Source of the DNA: Nitrososphaera sp.
GTDB lineage: Archaea; Thermoproteota; Nitrososphaeria; Nitrososphaerales; Nitrososphaeraceae
Direction: 5' to 3'
Length of the DNA: 60,533 nt
NCBI GenBank assembly: GCA_036741615.1
Contig: DAINRW010000001.1
Coordinates: forward strand, 9,159 to 69,691
The position numbers and the translations under genes were made by a program. The notes beneath the pieces are model-generated. The model worked only from the letters and a program-made list of their open reading frames with translations, did no database searches and had not been told where the DNA came from. This document shows positions 38,551 to 48,420 of the stretch, piece after piece. How positions within the stretch are numbered: position 1 is the stretch's first letter; every line of letters begins with the position of its first letter.

Positions 38551-39041
38551 GAGACATCAGGCCAGGTAGCATCGATGTTTTGCCTGCACGTCAATAAGAC
38601 GTCTTAGATAATTACTTTGTGGACCCTACAAATTCAGCGTCGTATGTTCTAGATAAAAAAGAAACTCCAATTGATCAAGGTCATCGATTGGTAGTTGATA
38701 TACGGGCACCTGGACTCCTTTTTTACAAGATAGGAAAATACATCAGGTAGGGTCTGAAATGAATTCCACATATAATTTTGATGAACTCTCGAATGACGCC
38801 GTTGGCCTGTTTGAACCAAGCGAAGTCAAGATTAGACGGTATTCTCTTTACATTGCTGACACAAATAATCACCTTGTTAGGATATTTGAGCTGTATAGGA
38901 AAAGTGCGCAGTAGATTGACCATCAGGGAATGAGGGGCTTCTTTTGAGGCACCACTACAACTAGTTCAAGTTTACGTGCTTAACCACTTGCAGAGAACAA
39001 GCAAATGGAATAAATATCATAGTGGGTTATTTCGTCCCAAT

Positions 39042-39305
39042 ATGGAATGTGCAGTATACGACACTTATGTTACAAAAAAGGATGGAAGAACAATGCATTT
39101 TGATGTGGTTGTAGACGCAGATACACCCCATGAGAAGGCAATTGAATATGGCAAAGAATATCTTTCCACAGCGGACCAAGACGGACAGAAAATGACTCAG
39201 GAAGAATGTCAATTTTGTCATATACAGGAAGCCCCGCCATTTGTGGAGAAAAGTATTAGAGAAAAAGGATATTGGATCCAAAAGATGGAAGGCTGCCCTT
39301 CATAG
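39042..39305 (+). CDS. DUF2024 family protein
   Basis: AVYDTYV.KKDG..MHFDV, A.EYGKEYL, ECQFCHIQEA. Confidence 0.85.
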   Translation: MECAVYDTYVTKKDGRTMHFDVVVDADTPHEKAIEYGKEYLSTADQDGQKMTQEECQFCHIQEAPPFVEKSIREKGYWIQKMEGCPS

Positions 39306-39676
39306 AGATTTCTTTCCATTTTATTTAATTTTTTATAGTATTCATTTATATTTATGAAATATCGGCCGTGTGTTTATCAAATATACATCTTGTGGTTATT
39401 CCTTGCGGTCAGGAGCGTCGACTTGTATTATTAGACATTAACGCGCTAGATGAACATAGCCTCATTAGATGACGAATAAAATGGGAGTCATTGACATACA
39501 TGTTGGGCAACAATTCAGCATTTTGAGAGTTCTTGGCGAACTGCAATATTCATGAATTAATTTTGCAAGCCCGAGAACAGGTCCAAAACTAAAACCTATT
39601 TGTCGTTACAAGTGGCGACTGTCTTTTATACTTCAGGTCAACACAAATTATAATTAAGGCGTGAACTCCTGATGGA

Positions 39677-40945
39677 TTGCATAAACAGATGAACGAAGCA
39701 AGTATATGGGACCCCGAAAAAGAGAGGCGTATACCGACCGTTCAAGATATTGTCAAAGCGCAAGAGATCTTATCAGGAACAATTAAAAGAACGCCTCTTC
39801 AAACTTCCAGGACATTCTCTGGCATTGCAGGGAAAAATTTGTTTCTCAAGCTCGAATGTCTGCAGGTGACTGGATCTTTCAAGGTGCGTGGCGCTTTCGT
39901 TAAGATAAACAAGTTATCCAAAAGGCAGGCAGACTCTGGCGTCATTGCTGCATCCGCTGGTAACCATGCTCAAGGCGTGGCATATGCTGCTATGATAAAA
40001 AAGATACCATGCACAATTGTCATGCCAGAGAATGCATCGCCTGCTAAAGTTGCAGCTACTAGGTCATATGGTGCTAAAGTAATTCGGCGCGGGGCAAATT
40101 ATGACGAGGCATGGGAGGCAACGCAGGAGATTGCCAAGGCAGAAGGAAGTACAATAATCCATGCTTTTGATGATCCTGATGTCATTGCTGGCCAAGGCAC
40201 CATTGGTCTTGAGCTTCTTGAAGATCTCCCAAATGTCGATGCGATATACGTGCCTGTAGGCGGGGGAGGCCTTGCTGCGGGTGTTGCAATTGCAGTCAAG
40301 TCAAGAAAACCAAATGTGAGAATAATAGGGGTAGAATCCAATGCATTTCCAGCTATGAAAGAATCGTTTGCCAAAGGATCTCTTCAGCCTACGAAGCGGG
40401 GCTACAGCATAGCAGATGGAATCGCCGTCAAACAACCAGGCGAACTCACATATCAGATTCTAAGAAAACATCTTGATGATATTGTCTTAATTGACGACGC
40501 TTCGATAGTTAAGACAATGTTTCTTATGATGGAACGAGCCAAATTGGTAGCTGAGCCGGCAGGGGCAGCCAGCCTCGCTTACCTTCTATCAAATGGTACC
40601 CTAGCTGGCAATGCGAAAGACAATGTTGCAACCATCCTATCAGGGGGAAACGTTGACATGTACCTCTTAGGTCAGGTGGTAGCTAAAGGCCTGATGCAAA
40701 TGGGAAGATTACTTAAGATTTTTATCCTACTACCCGACATACCCGGTGCTCTTAAGAGTGTAGTAGATGGCATTGCAGAGCTGAGCGTCAATATAGTTGA
40801 AGTGGATCATGATAGGCTGAGCGCTCATATTCCTGCGGGAACAGCTGGCGTATACCTGAGTCTAGAGCTTGAAAATGAAAAACACGCTCAACGCTTGATA
40901 AACTTTCTGAAACAAAAGGGAATAGAATTCAAGATAGTTAGTTAG
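39677..40945 (+). CDS. ilvA: Threonine ammonia-lyase with C-terminal ACT domain
   Basis: KLE.LQ.TGSFKVRGA, SAGNHAQG, VPVGGGGL, SGGN, LPDIPG. Confidence 0.95.
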   Translation: MHKQMNEASIWDPEKERRIPTVQDIVKAQEILSGTIKRTPLQTSRTFSGIAGKNLFLKLECLQVTGSFKVRGAFVKINKLSKRQADSGVIAASAGNHAQGVAYAAMIKKIPCTIVMPENASPAKVAATRSYGAKVIRRGANYDEAWEATQEIAKAEGSTIIHAFDDPDVIAGQGTIGLELLEDLPNVDAIYVPVGGGGLAAGVAIAVKSRKPNVRIIGVESNAFPAMKESFAKGSLQPTKRGYSIADGIAVKQPGELTYQILRKHLDDIVLIDDASIVKTMFLMMERAKLVAEPAGAASLAYLLSNGTLAGNAKDNVATILSGGNVDMYLLGQVVAKGLMQMGRLLKIFILLPDIPGALKSVVDGIAELSVNIVEVDHDRLSAHIPAGTAGVYLSLELENEKHAQRLINFLKQKGIEFKIVS

Positions 40946-40956
40946 CTAGCTAATAG

Positions 40957-42357
40957 TTAACTGAGATAGCTGTATTCTCGTAATCCTGCCTTCTCGGCAG
41001 TATTGCCGCCGACCTTAACGAGGACAAACTCTTTATGGGCCTGAACAATCGAATCATCAAAATCGCGCTCGTTCCGATGCAGTCTCTCGTATTCTTCCAT
41101 TGTCAGTTTTTGTCTTGAGCCTATCTCTGCATCTAGGTCCATCCTGCTTACAATTTCCTTGTACTGCGGTTGTATCGTTCCACTAAAGACCATTGCGCTA
41201 CTGCCACTACCGTAAGAGCCAAATCCAATCCTCTTTTGTTCAAGGTTTATTCCTTTCTTGAATTCGAATTCCAGCATACTTCGGAGGCCCATATACATCG
41301 ATGCAGTATACAAATTGCCAATAAGTGCAGATGCTTCAAGAGAGGTGGCCATCTTCTTTTCGTATACCTCGTTGTAGAATGAGGTCTGCATAAACGCCCT
41401 TCTGAACCGCTCATCAGCTTTCATAAATTCAGTGTCCGCAAGAATGGACTCGATGGTTCCACGAGGATCCTTCGGGTACGGCTCGGGCATTCCAACCTCC
41501 TTGATAACATTCTTCCACCGGGGGAGATGGCGCCATTCGTGTCTCAACAGATAGGCAAGAGCCTTTTCGCCCATCTTTCTATAGGGAAGGTGTACTGCGA
41601 AGTAATCTATGTGATCAGTTATGGATTCACCGTCCTTAAGGCTAACAAGCCCTGTTTTGATTGCCTTCTCCTTGTAAGCGTCAAATGCCTTCCTAACCGA
41701 TATTAGATATAACAAATTTGAGTAGCTTCCATTCACAAGCGGCGTTTCTTTACCAAAGGGACGGTAAAAGTCGTATTCATTCTTGATCGTTGTCGATAGA
41801 ACTTTTGGATCAAAGGCTAAAAGCCTGGGGTTTTCTTTTACCAAGAGAGCAACGGCCCCAGCACCTTGCGTATATTCTCCAGTAGAACCAATATCATACT
41901 TGGCTATGTCGCTTACAACGACTATAGCATCCTTGCCATTATTTTCCTCCGCCCTTATCCAGTTTGCGTTGTCATAGAGGGCATAAGAGCCACTCACACA
42001 CGCAAATTTGCATTCAATGCCACCAGCATGTTCAAAAGAACCTTCCCCATAGATCTGCTCTAACATTCCAATAACAAAGGAGTTCATTGCCTTGGATTCA
42101 TCCAGCGATGATTCAGTAGCGACATAGAGCCTTCCAATGTCCTCAGGATGAAGGTGGTTCTTCTGCATCAGCTTCATGCATGCGTTTGCAGCCATGCAGG
42201 CAGAATCCTGGTTAGTGTCAGCAATAGCCATCTTCTTAATCCCAATACCATATTCGAGTTTCTGTGGAGATATCCCTCTTGCTTCAGCAAAATCCTTGTA
42301 ATCGATGTAAAGCTTCGGGATATACATGGCAAGATCATCAATACCTACAATGGGCAT
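40957..42357 (-). CDS. mvaS: Hydroxymethylglutaryl-CoA synthase (long MvaS-like type)
   Basis: ATES, KFACVSG, SDIAKY, TQGAGAVA, DFYRP, HLPY, GNLYTAS, SYGSG. Confidence 0.93.
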   Translation of the reverse strand: MPIVGIDDLAMYIPKLYIDYKDFAEARGISPQKLEYGIGIKKMAIADTNQDSACMAANACMKLMQKNHLHPEDIGRLYVATESSLDESKAMNSFVIGMLEQIYGEGSFEHAGGIECKFACVSGSYALYDNANWIRAEENNGKDAIVVVSDIAKYDIGSTGEYTQGAGAVALLVKENPRLLAFDPKVLSTTIKNEYDFYRPFGKETPLVNGSYSNLLYLISVRKAFDAYKEKAIKTGLVSLKDGESITDHIDYFAVHLPYRKMGEKALAYLLRHEWRHLPRWKNVIKEVGMPEPYPKDPRGTIESILADTEFMKADERFRRAFMQTSFYNEVYEKKMATSLEASALIGNLYTASMYMGLRSMLEFEFKKGINLEQKRIGFGSYGSGSSAMVFSGTIQPQYKEIVSRMDLDAEIGSRQKLTMEEYERLHRNERDFDDSIVQAHKEFVLVKVGGNTAEKAGLREYSYLS

Positions 42358-43002
42358 TTCTAGATCGCACTAATGATGAATGTCATTTAAAGGTATTTCT
42401 GGAAACATTATTTGATCTAAATATACCAAATTGTTAAGCAAAATCCTACCAAAAAGTGTACGTTTACTTACATACGTCAGGGTCGGTCGGTCTCTTCTCT
42501 ATCAAAACGCCAGGAGAAGCGAAGAACTATCTCTATCTCTAGCCCCTTTGTTGTTATGAACTTGTCGACAGTCCAGGATTGCAAATTATGATACAACGCC
42601 AACGAGTGCTTAGGAGTTGACCAATGTTTATGGAGTATAATACTCACGAAACATTTACAGGTTAGGGTTATTAGAGTACAATCTACTACACCTAATAGTC
42701 GTTCAACCTGATTCTAACCATGCTTGGTTCTATAACCGTTGGTTCCGTTCAGGTTATAGTCAAACCTTTTCTATCAACTAAGCAACCTGCAATTAAATTG
42801 AAAGTCCAAATTCAATGATAATAGGATTAAAACTCATATGCTCACCACATTTGCTTAGACGTGGGTCGACTTTGCTTCAAAGATCATCACATTTAAATTC
42901 TCATTGTGTTGTACTATTCTTACATCGACCAAACCGATGGGGAACAAACGGTCTGGTTGAAGTGCAGTAGGTGAGAAACTCTGCGCTTCGCCAGACATTA
43001 CA

Positions 43003-43398
43003 TTACTCAATTATCCTAATATCCAACTCATCATATGCATCCTTTACTGCGAGCAAAAAGAGGTCATCTTCATATATTAAGACCCAATCTTTTACACCTA
43101 TTACAGGCAGCTTACGTACTAGCACCTCCCCTGTATCTTTTATGGTTGTCATGACGTACGCAAATCTTGGCCATTTACCCGTGAGTTTGAAGAGGCTATC
43201 CTGCAATTCAATGCCCTGTGCCCCGCCTTGAATGTTTATGTTGACAGTGTCACCATACCTGTTCTCCACTTTGGCAATAACATAACTCTGGCCCGCTTCG
43301 AAGTGCTCAATATTTAGCATTACTTTATTGGCTGCAGTAATCGTGTCAGGAATCTCTCTGTACAGTTTTTCCGAAAGGTTATCATAAAAGAGGTTCAT
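43003..43398 (-). CDS. Hypothetical protein
   Basis: 131-aa ORF whose ATG abuts the stop of the upstream surface-protein gene. Confidence 0.7.
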   Translation of the reverse strand: MNLFYDNLSEKLYREIPDTITAANKVMLNIEHFEAGQSYVIAKVENRYGDTVNINIQGGAQGIELQDSLFKLTGKWPRFAYVMTTIKDTGEVLVRKLPVIGVKDWVLIYEDDLFLLAVKDAYDELDIRIIE

Positions 43399-44901
43399 TT
43401 AAGGCTCAAGCCTGGTTATCTTCTCTGACCTCTTTAACACAATGATTATTCCACCCATGATGCTTGTGACTGCGGTTAATGTGATAAGGGAGCCAGCGGA
43501 AAATTCTGGCACTACTACAACGCCCCTTGCGATGCCGTTTCTTGTCTGGTCTAACGACTGTCCATCCCTTGCTATACCTGTGACTTCTATCTCCATGCGA
43601 TAATTCTCATTTGCAGGAAAATCAACCGTCTGGGTGCCAGTTCCACCGGCTGCAACGAGCCCTGTCTGTGCGTATACCTGACTGCCATTGTTATCTAAGA
43701 TGCGCAGATTGTAGTTTACATTATCTCCAATTGTTTGTCCCGAGAAAGCGTCGTAGAAGCTAAGTGTCAGCGTTGATTGCGCATTTGCAGTAAGCTGATC
43801 CGGAGCCCAGTCCAGTAGTACCATAACGTTTCCTGTCTCTGTGACTATTTCACCTGTTGTCTGCGCAGCCTGACCTGTGGCTGGTGCAAGTGTAAATACC
43901 ATTGCAGAATCGCCTTCAGAAATATCGCCGGCCATACGGAGTATATCGTTCTTGTTGATCAAGTAGTGCAGGGTAAGATCCTGCTGTGAGGAATAGGGAT
44001 CGACCGTGATCATTCTTCCCGATATTGGATTACCATTCACGGCAGCAGCAAACGAGGTAGTATCTCCTATTCCTGAAAGAGATTTAGGAATTCTTACTTC
44101 TTCATGTACAAATATGTTTGTGTCTTCGATTCTTGAGACATTCCAATCAAATGGCATAGACCATGTGAACTGCTGCTTACCTGCATCGAAGCTAAAGTTG
44201 CCTACCCTATCGTAATACGATATTATGGTAGTATCATAAGGTTGACCCTGATAATCAATAGTTTGCGTATAGACATCTCCTACACTTAGCCAAGAATCAA
44301 ATCGTGGGATATTCTCGTCTGCGAATATGTTGCGTATATTATCAACGCCAAAGATCTCTATTTTAAGGTGATATATTCCTCCTTCTAGGAAGAGAGGGCC
44401 CTGTATGTTAACGGTCCCCCCAGGGTCTGCAACCCATGCGTTAAGAAACTGCTCCTGCGTTCCAAAGATCTGCAATTCACCCTCTGCAGGCTGCACTCTC
44501 AGTCTGAGCAGGCCGCTCTCCGTATGAAAGAGAGTCGAAGGCATTATAGTCTCGGCATCTTCTCCAATTCCCTTTTCTATACTAATGAAGAAGGTCGTAA
44601 AAGGGATCGTCTCGTTTGTGTTTGCATCGTATAGCCTGAAGAGTATATATGCTTCATCTCGAGTATCATCAGTAAGAATGGGCGGGTTCACTTCTACCAA
44701 CATTTCTGCGTTCCTATCGCCAAGGGACGCGCTGAAGGTTTCTGAGGTGAGACCATCCCCAAAAGCCTTCTGACCAGGTAATGCCACTGCAATCGTTGAT
44801 AATACTGCAAGAGCTGCAGCAAAAGCGAAGCAGGGAACCCTTTGTCTGCCTGATCGCACGTTAAAGACTTCTTGGGGTGTATATTTAATCCTTAAGAGCA
44901 T
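43399..44901 (-). CDS. Secreted acidic surface protein with PEF-CTERM-type anchor
   Basis: Signal peptide; C-terminal VVPEF followed by a TM helix and a basic KR tail. Confidence 0.85.
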   Translation of the reverse strand: MLLRIKYTPQEVFNVRSGRQRVPCFAFAAALAVLSTIAVALPGQKAFGDGLTSETFSASLGDRNAEMLVEVNPPILTDDTRDEAYILFRLYDANTNETIPFTTFFISIEKGIGEDAETIMPSTLFHTESGLLRLRVQPAEGELQIFGTQEQFLNAWVADPGGTVNIQGPLFLEGGIYHLKIEIFGVDNIRNIFADENIPRFDSWLSVGDVYTQTIDYQGQPYDTTIISYYDRVGNFSFDAGKQQFTWSMPFDWNVSRIEDTNIFVHEEVRIPKSLSGIGDTTSFAAAVNGNPISGRMITVDPYSSQQDLTLHYLINKNDILRMAGDISEGDSAMVFTLAPATGQAAQTTGEIVTETGNVMVLLDWAPDQLTANAQSTLTLSFYDAFSGQTIGDNVNYNLRILDNNGSQVYAQTGLVAAGGTGTQTVDFPANENYRMEIEVTGIARDGQSLDQTRNGIARGVVVVPEFSAGSLITLTAVTSIMGGIIIVLKRSEKITRLEP

Positions 44902-44956
44902 GTAGTAGGTTGTTATGTACTGTCTCCAATGATTTAATTATTACAAAGCGGGTACG

Positions 44957-46123
44957 TTGAACGAAGTGTTGCGATACAGGATGGCTGTTATAGGGTCAAT
45001 AATAGCAGCAACAGTCATCACATCTTCGCTTTTCACGCTACCACATGGTAAGGATATCCTAACTATTCTTGCTGCAAATAGTTCGGATGAAGTAAAGCCT
45101 ACAATGGTTTCGCTCTCTCATAACTCCCTTGCCGATCAATCCAAATATATCATTTCTTCAGATCCTCTCGGAAATATTGGAAATTATTCAATTCAGGATG
45201 GTGAAGAAACCGAAGAAGATAGTACAGCGGCCATTGTAGAGATTTCCAGTTTGGCGGACGGCAGAAACATTGCTGCCCAGATTCAAGCGTCCTCACATTA
45301 TCCGATAGACGATCTTCCGAAGATTATGGAAATGACGGATCTGAACAGAAATGGCATTGCCTCATTCAATAATACTGGAGGCCAGGAGGAAGAAGAAGAA
45401 GAACCGCAGAATACAACCAGTCAGATAAGAAACCTTACTTACTACGTCAAATTTGAATGCGGCACAATCTCTGGAAATGAAGGACCCTTAAGACCCGGCC
45501 ACTATGACACAGATATCGGAATTTTGAACAAGCAGGACTTTGCAACCCAAATCCAATGGAGCATCACAGCAAACAACAGCAGAAATACAAATTCGATAAT
45601 CCGAACTCTTGAGCCACAGGGTTCTATCAATATAGTGTGTAAAGATCTGCAAAACATAATTGGTAACGATCAAAGGTTCGTTGAAGGGTTTGTAATAATT
45701 AATGTGCCTCTTGATTCTGGCCTTTTGGCTTCACTTTCCCGCGGAACTCAGGTTTTAGGTCGAAATTTTGAAGAGTTGAATAGCTTTATTGAAGTACAGG
45801 CTTTCTACACGGCTAATGCGCTTGAGCAGCTTCCTCATTCAGTCTTTGTGGACAAGATCACCTTTAGGATCCTAAACGATGCTAGTGGCAAGATACCATT
45901 GGAAATGATGAATAAAACGCTGGATATCACTGCGCCAGGCGACTTAAATCAAATTTCTGATCCAGAAATTAAGGTAAACGATCTTCTTGCTGCAAAATAC
46001 GGTTTGTCTACTCAAGAGCGCACCAATTTGCAAATAGTGATTGACAATGTGAGCGGCAGCGTGGGCGCAATGATAGACGATCATGCGATTTCATTGTCTA
46101 CTGTCTTTCCCCAAGCAAGCTGA
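44957..46123 (+). CDS. Membrane-anchored/secreted hypothetical protein
   Basis: N-terminal hydrophobic segment, acidic linker, then a YYVKFECG...PGHYDTDIGILN domain. Confidence 0.7.
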   Translation: MNEVLRYRMAVIGSIIAATVITSSLFTLPHGKDILTILAANSSDEVKPTMVSLSHNSLADQSKYIISSDPLGNIGNYSIQDGEETEEDSTAAIVEISSLADGRNIAAQIQASSHYPIDDLPKIMEMTDLNRNGIASFNNTGGQEEEEEEPQNTTSQIRNLTYYVKFECGTISGNEGPLRPGHYDTDIGILNKQDFATQIQWSITANNSRNTNSIIRTLEPQGSINIVCKDLQNIIGNDQRFVEGFVIINVPLDSGLLASLSRGTQVLGRNFEELNSFIEVQAFYTANALEQLPHSVFVDKITFRILNDASGKIPLEMMNKTLDITAPGDLNQISDPEIKVNDLLAAKYGLSTQERTNLQIVIDNVSGSVGAMIDDHAISLSTVFPQAS

Positions 46124-46181
46124 TAGCAGTAGGCTTTTGATGAATAAACAATATATATTATCTCACGTATTCCTATTGAAC

Positions 46182-46823
46182 ATGGCTAACTTTACTCTTC
46201 CTGCAATGCCTTACTCATACGATTCACTTGAACCACACATCGATGCAAGAACTATGGAGATTCATCATACAAAGCATCACCAGGCATATACCGATGGTCT
46301 GAACAAAGCGCTAAGCACTCTTGGTCCGGAATGGCAGAACAAAAACGATATTGTTGAAATTTTGAAGGATATCGACTCGGTCCCAGAGAATGCAAGGAGC
46401 GCTGTGAATTTCCACGGCGGAGGTTATAACAACCATGCGCTGTTCTGGAACACTATGAAAAATGGTGGCGGAGGGGAGCCAGATGGCGAACTCGCAGACG
46501 CAATCAATAAAACATTCGGGAGTTTCAACGACTTTAAAGACAAGTTCTCAAAGGACGCTGTTGTCATTCAAGGCAGCGGATGGGGGTGGCTTGTATACAA
46601 CCAGAATACTAACGGCGTACAGTTCATCACCATGCCAAACCAGACGAGCCCTTGGACAAGATGGAAGACAGAAAAGGTCGTTCCGCTTTTAGGTCTAGAT
46701 GTTTGGGAACATGCTTATTATCTCAAGTATCAAAACCGCCGGGCTGACTATGTGGCGGCCTGGTGGAATGTGGTGAACTGGGAACAGGTAAAAAGAAACT
46801 TTCAACAAGGATTAGGAAAGTAA
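46182..46823 (+). CDS. sod: Fe/Mn superoxide dismutase
   Basis: HHTKHHQAY, FHGGG..NH, GSGWGWL, DVWEHAYY; ATG at 46182. Confidence 0.97.
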   Translation: MANFTLPAMPYSYDSLEPHIDARTMEIHHTKHHQAYTDGLNKALSTLGPEWQNKNDIVEILKDIDSVPENARSAVNFHGGGYNNHALFWNTMKNGGGGEPDGELADAINKTFGSFNDFKDKFSKDAVVIQGSGWGWLVYNQNTNGVQFITMPNQTSPWTRWKTEKVVPLLGLDVWEHAYYLKYQNRRADYVAAWWNVVNWEQVKRNFQQGLGK

Positions 46824-46846
46824 TTTTACTGTTCTTTATCTTTTTT
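46823..46846 (+). terminator. T-rich archaeal terminator after sod
   Basis: ATTTTACTGTTCTTTATCTTTTTT immediately after the stop. Confidence 0.45.
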
Positions 46847-47065
46847 GAGAGATAAGAGAATAGAGGAAGAGAGAGCAGCGACATAGAGCCAGTAGTTTGC
46901 TTAACAACTTACAAGGAGCGATATACTACCGCCTTATTGGTGTTCACTTTAACGGAGTTTTGATAGAGGAACATATCTCATAAACACGCCATATTGATAA
47001 CTCTCAGGATCTCTATAAGCCCGGAATCCTCTATGCACTATATGGAAAATTATGGAAAGTAGCGG

Positions 47066-47803
47066 TCAACTTTTACGCAAATCTATTAAATTTACAAAGC
47101 CGTATCCTTCACGTACGGTTCTGCTTACTTCCATATTATAACTATAAATCTTGTGAGAATATTCTCTAAGTACTGGCATCATGCTATCTAGGGATTCGTC
47201 TAGATAAAAGCCAGGGCAGTCGCCTGTAAATTGGAATGTGGCGTGTACGGCAGGTTGTCCTCTTGTGTCCGCTTCAACCCAGGATGCAAATGGATAAAGC
47301 CAGCAGACTCCTGGCTTGTCCGGGTGGATGCCGCAACTCCCCTCTGCGTCTAGGAATCTGCAGCGAAGCGGCGTCCCATCCTCCTCGGGTTTCTCGTCAT
47401 TTTTTCTCTTGAGCGAGAGCATAGTGAGTGTTGTAATAACATTTCCAAAGGGTTCCTCCTCTTGCCAGCTAGAGATGGTTGTCTCGTCTCTGACAAATTC
47501 GGCCTTCGAGGCATAGCCGACCTTTTGTGCTATTCTGCTGATATCATCCTTTGTCAATGGTAGTCTACCCTGCCGCTCACAGCAGTTGTGGCAGTCGGGC
47601 CATAGGCACTTCCATAGCACATACAAGCCAGGATTTTGGAGCGTGGGTATATGGAATGTGATCCCACCGACATTAATTGAAGTGTCAGATACGGCATGTC
47701 TATACTTTCCAATCTGAAAATCATACAATTTTGGATCGATTTTCCAGTTTCTGGAAAGAAGGTCAAGTGCGTGCCTTACAGGATTATTATTGTCGTTCTC
47801 CAC
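47066..47803 (-). CDS. YkgJ/UPF0153 cysteine-cluster (Fe-S/Zn) protein
   Basis: C.WPDCHNCC, CRFL....CGIHPDKPGVCWLYPF, CPG. Confidence 0.85.
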   Translation of the reverse strand: MENDNNNPVRHALDLLSRNWKIDPKLYDFQIGKYRHAVSDTSINVGGITFHIPTLQNPGLYVLWKCLWPDCHNCCERQGRLPLTKDDISRIAQKVGYASKAEFVRDETTISSWQEEEPFGNVITTLTMLSLKRKNDEKPEEDGTPLRCRFLDAEGSCGIHPDKPGVCWLYPFASWVEADTRGQPAVHATFQFTGDCPGFYLDESLDSMMPVLREYSHKIYSYNMEVSRTVREGYGFVNLIDLRKS

Positions 47804-47848
47804 GGTGTTATAAGGTTATAAAACCGGGGGTTTAAACGTACTCTCAAA

Positions 47849-48229
47849 TTGCTCAGCCCTCAGCAGTCACGATCGGTGAGAGAAGAAGAGGAACAACGGC
47901 AGACGGTTATTAGAACGAAGGGCAAGCATGCCTCTTCTACCGAGAACCGCCGGATGGTCTGGGAAAATGTCGTCTGGCCCCTTGTCCTGGAGTTGAATAG
48001 ATCGTACTTTACCTTAAAGGAATATCATGCAAAGAGAGACTCTTTTTGTATGAAGACAGGCACCTCTCCTTCGAGAGTCGCTGGAGGTTTTGTGTCATTG
48101 CTGGTAAAAGGCATCATTGTCAGGAGCAAGAATATGTATTCTATACACTACCGTCTCATTCCTTATATGAGAAAAAAAGTAGACCTTGAGTACGGTCTTG
48201 TAACTAGAGAAATCTATACTAAGCGTTAA
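47849..48229 (+). CDS. Basic hypothetical protein (possibly wHTH-like)
   Basis: 126-aa ORF sharing a short divergent intergenic region with the YkgJ gene. Confidence 0.6.
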   Translation: MLSPQQSRSVREEEEQRQTVIRTKGKHASSTENRRMVWENVVWPLVLELNRSYFTLKEYHAKRDSFCMKTGTSPSRVAGGFVSLLVKGIIVRSKNMYSIHYRLIPYMRKKVDLEYGLVTREIYTKR

Positions 48230-48267
48230 AATATCCGATAAACAGCCGACTTGATGTAGCTCGTGTT

Positions 48268-48413
48268 AGCCCGGTCGAACCCAGCAGAAAACTGGGTGCC
48301 GAATCTAGTGGCCAATCTCCATGGTTGAGGGCTAGGGATTCCAGGCTCTGGATCTCGTAGAGATAGAGAAAAGAAACCTGGAGACAGCAGTTCGAATCTG
48401 CTCCGGGCTACCA
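48268..48413 (+). tRNA. tRNA-Gln(CUG) with three introns (10/11, 21/22, 37/38), CCA encoded
   Basis: Exons 48268-48277, 48304-48315, 48336-48351 and 48376-48413 join into a 76-nt cloverleaf with A1-U72, anticodon CTG and T loop TTCGAAT; each intron forms a BHB-like motif. Confidence 0.92.
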
Positions 48414-48420
48414 TCTTTTT

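Noticed and set aside
42478..42548. Possible structured RNA upstream of HMG-CoA synthase
   Set aside because: Only a short CTTCTCT/GGAGAAG stem; no C/D, H/ACA or riboswitch signature recognised
48226..48414. 62-aa minus-strand ORF
   Set aside because: It is the antisense shadow of the intron-containing tRNA-Gln
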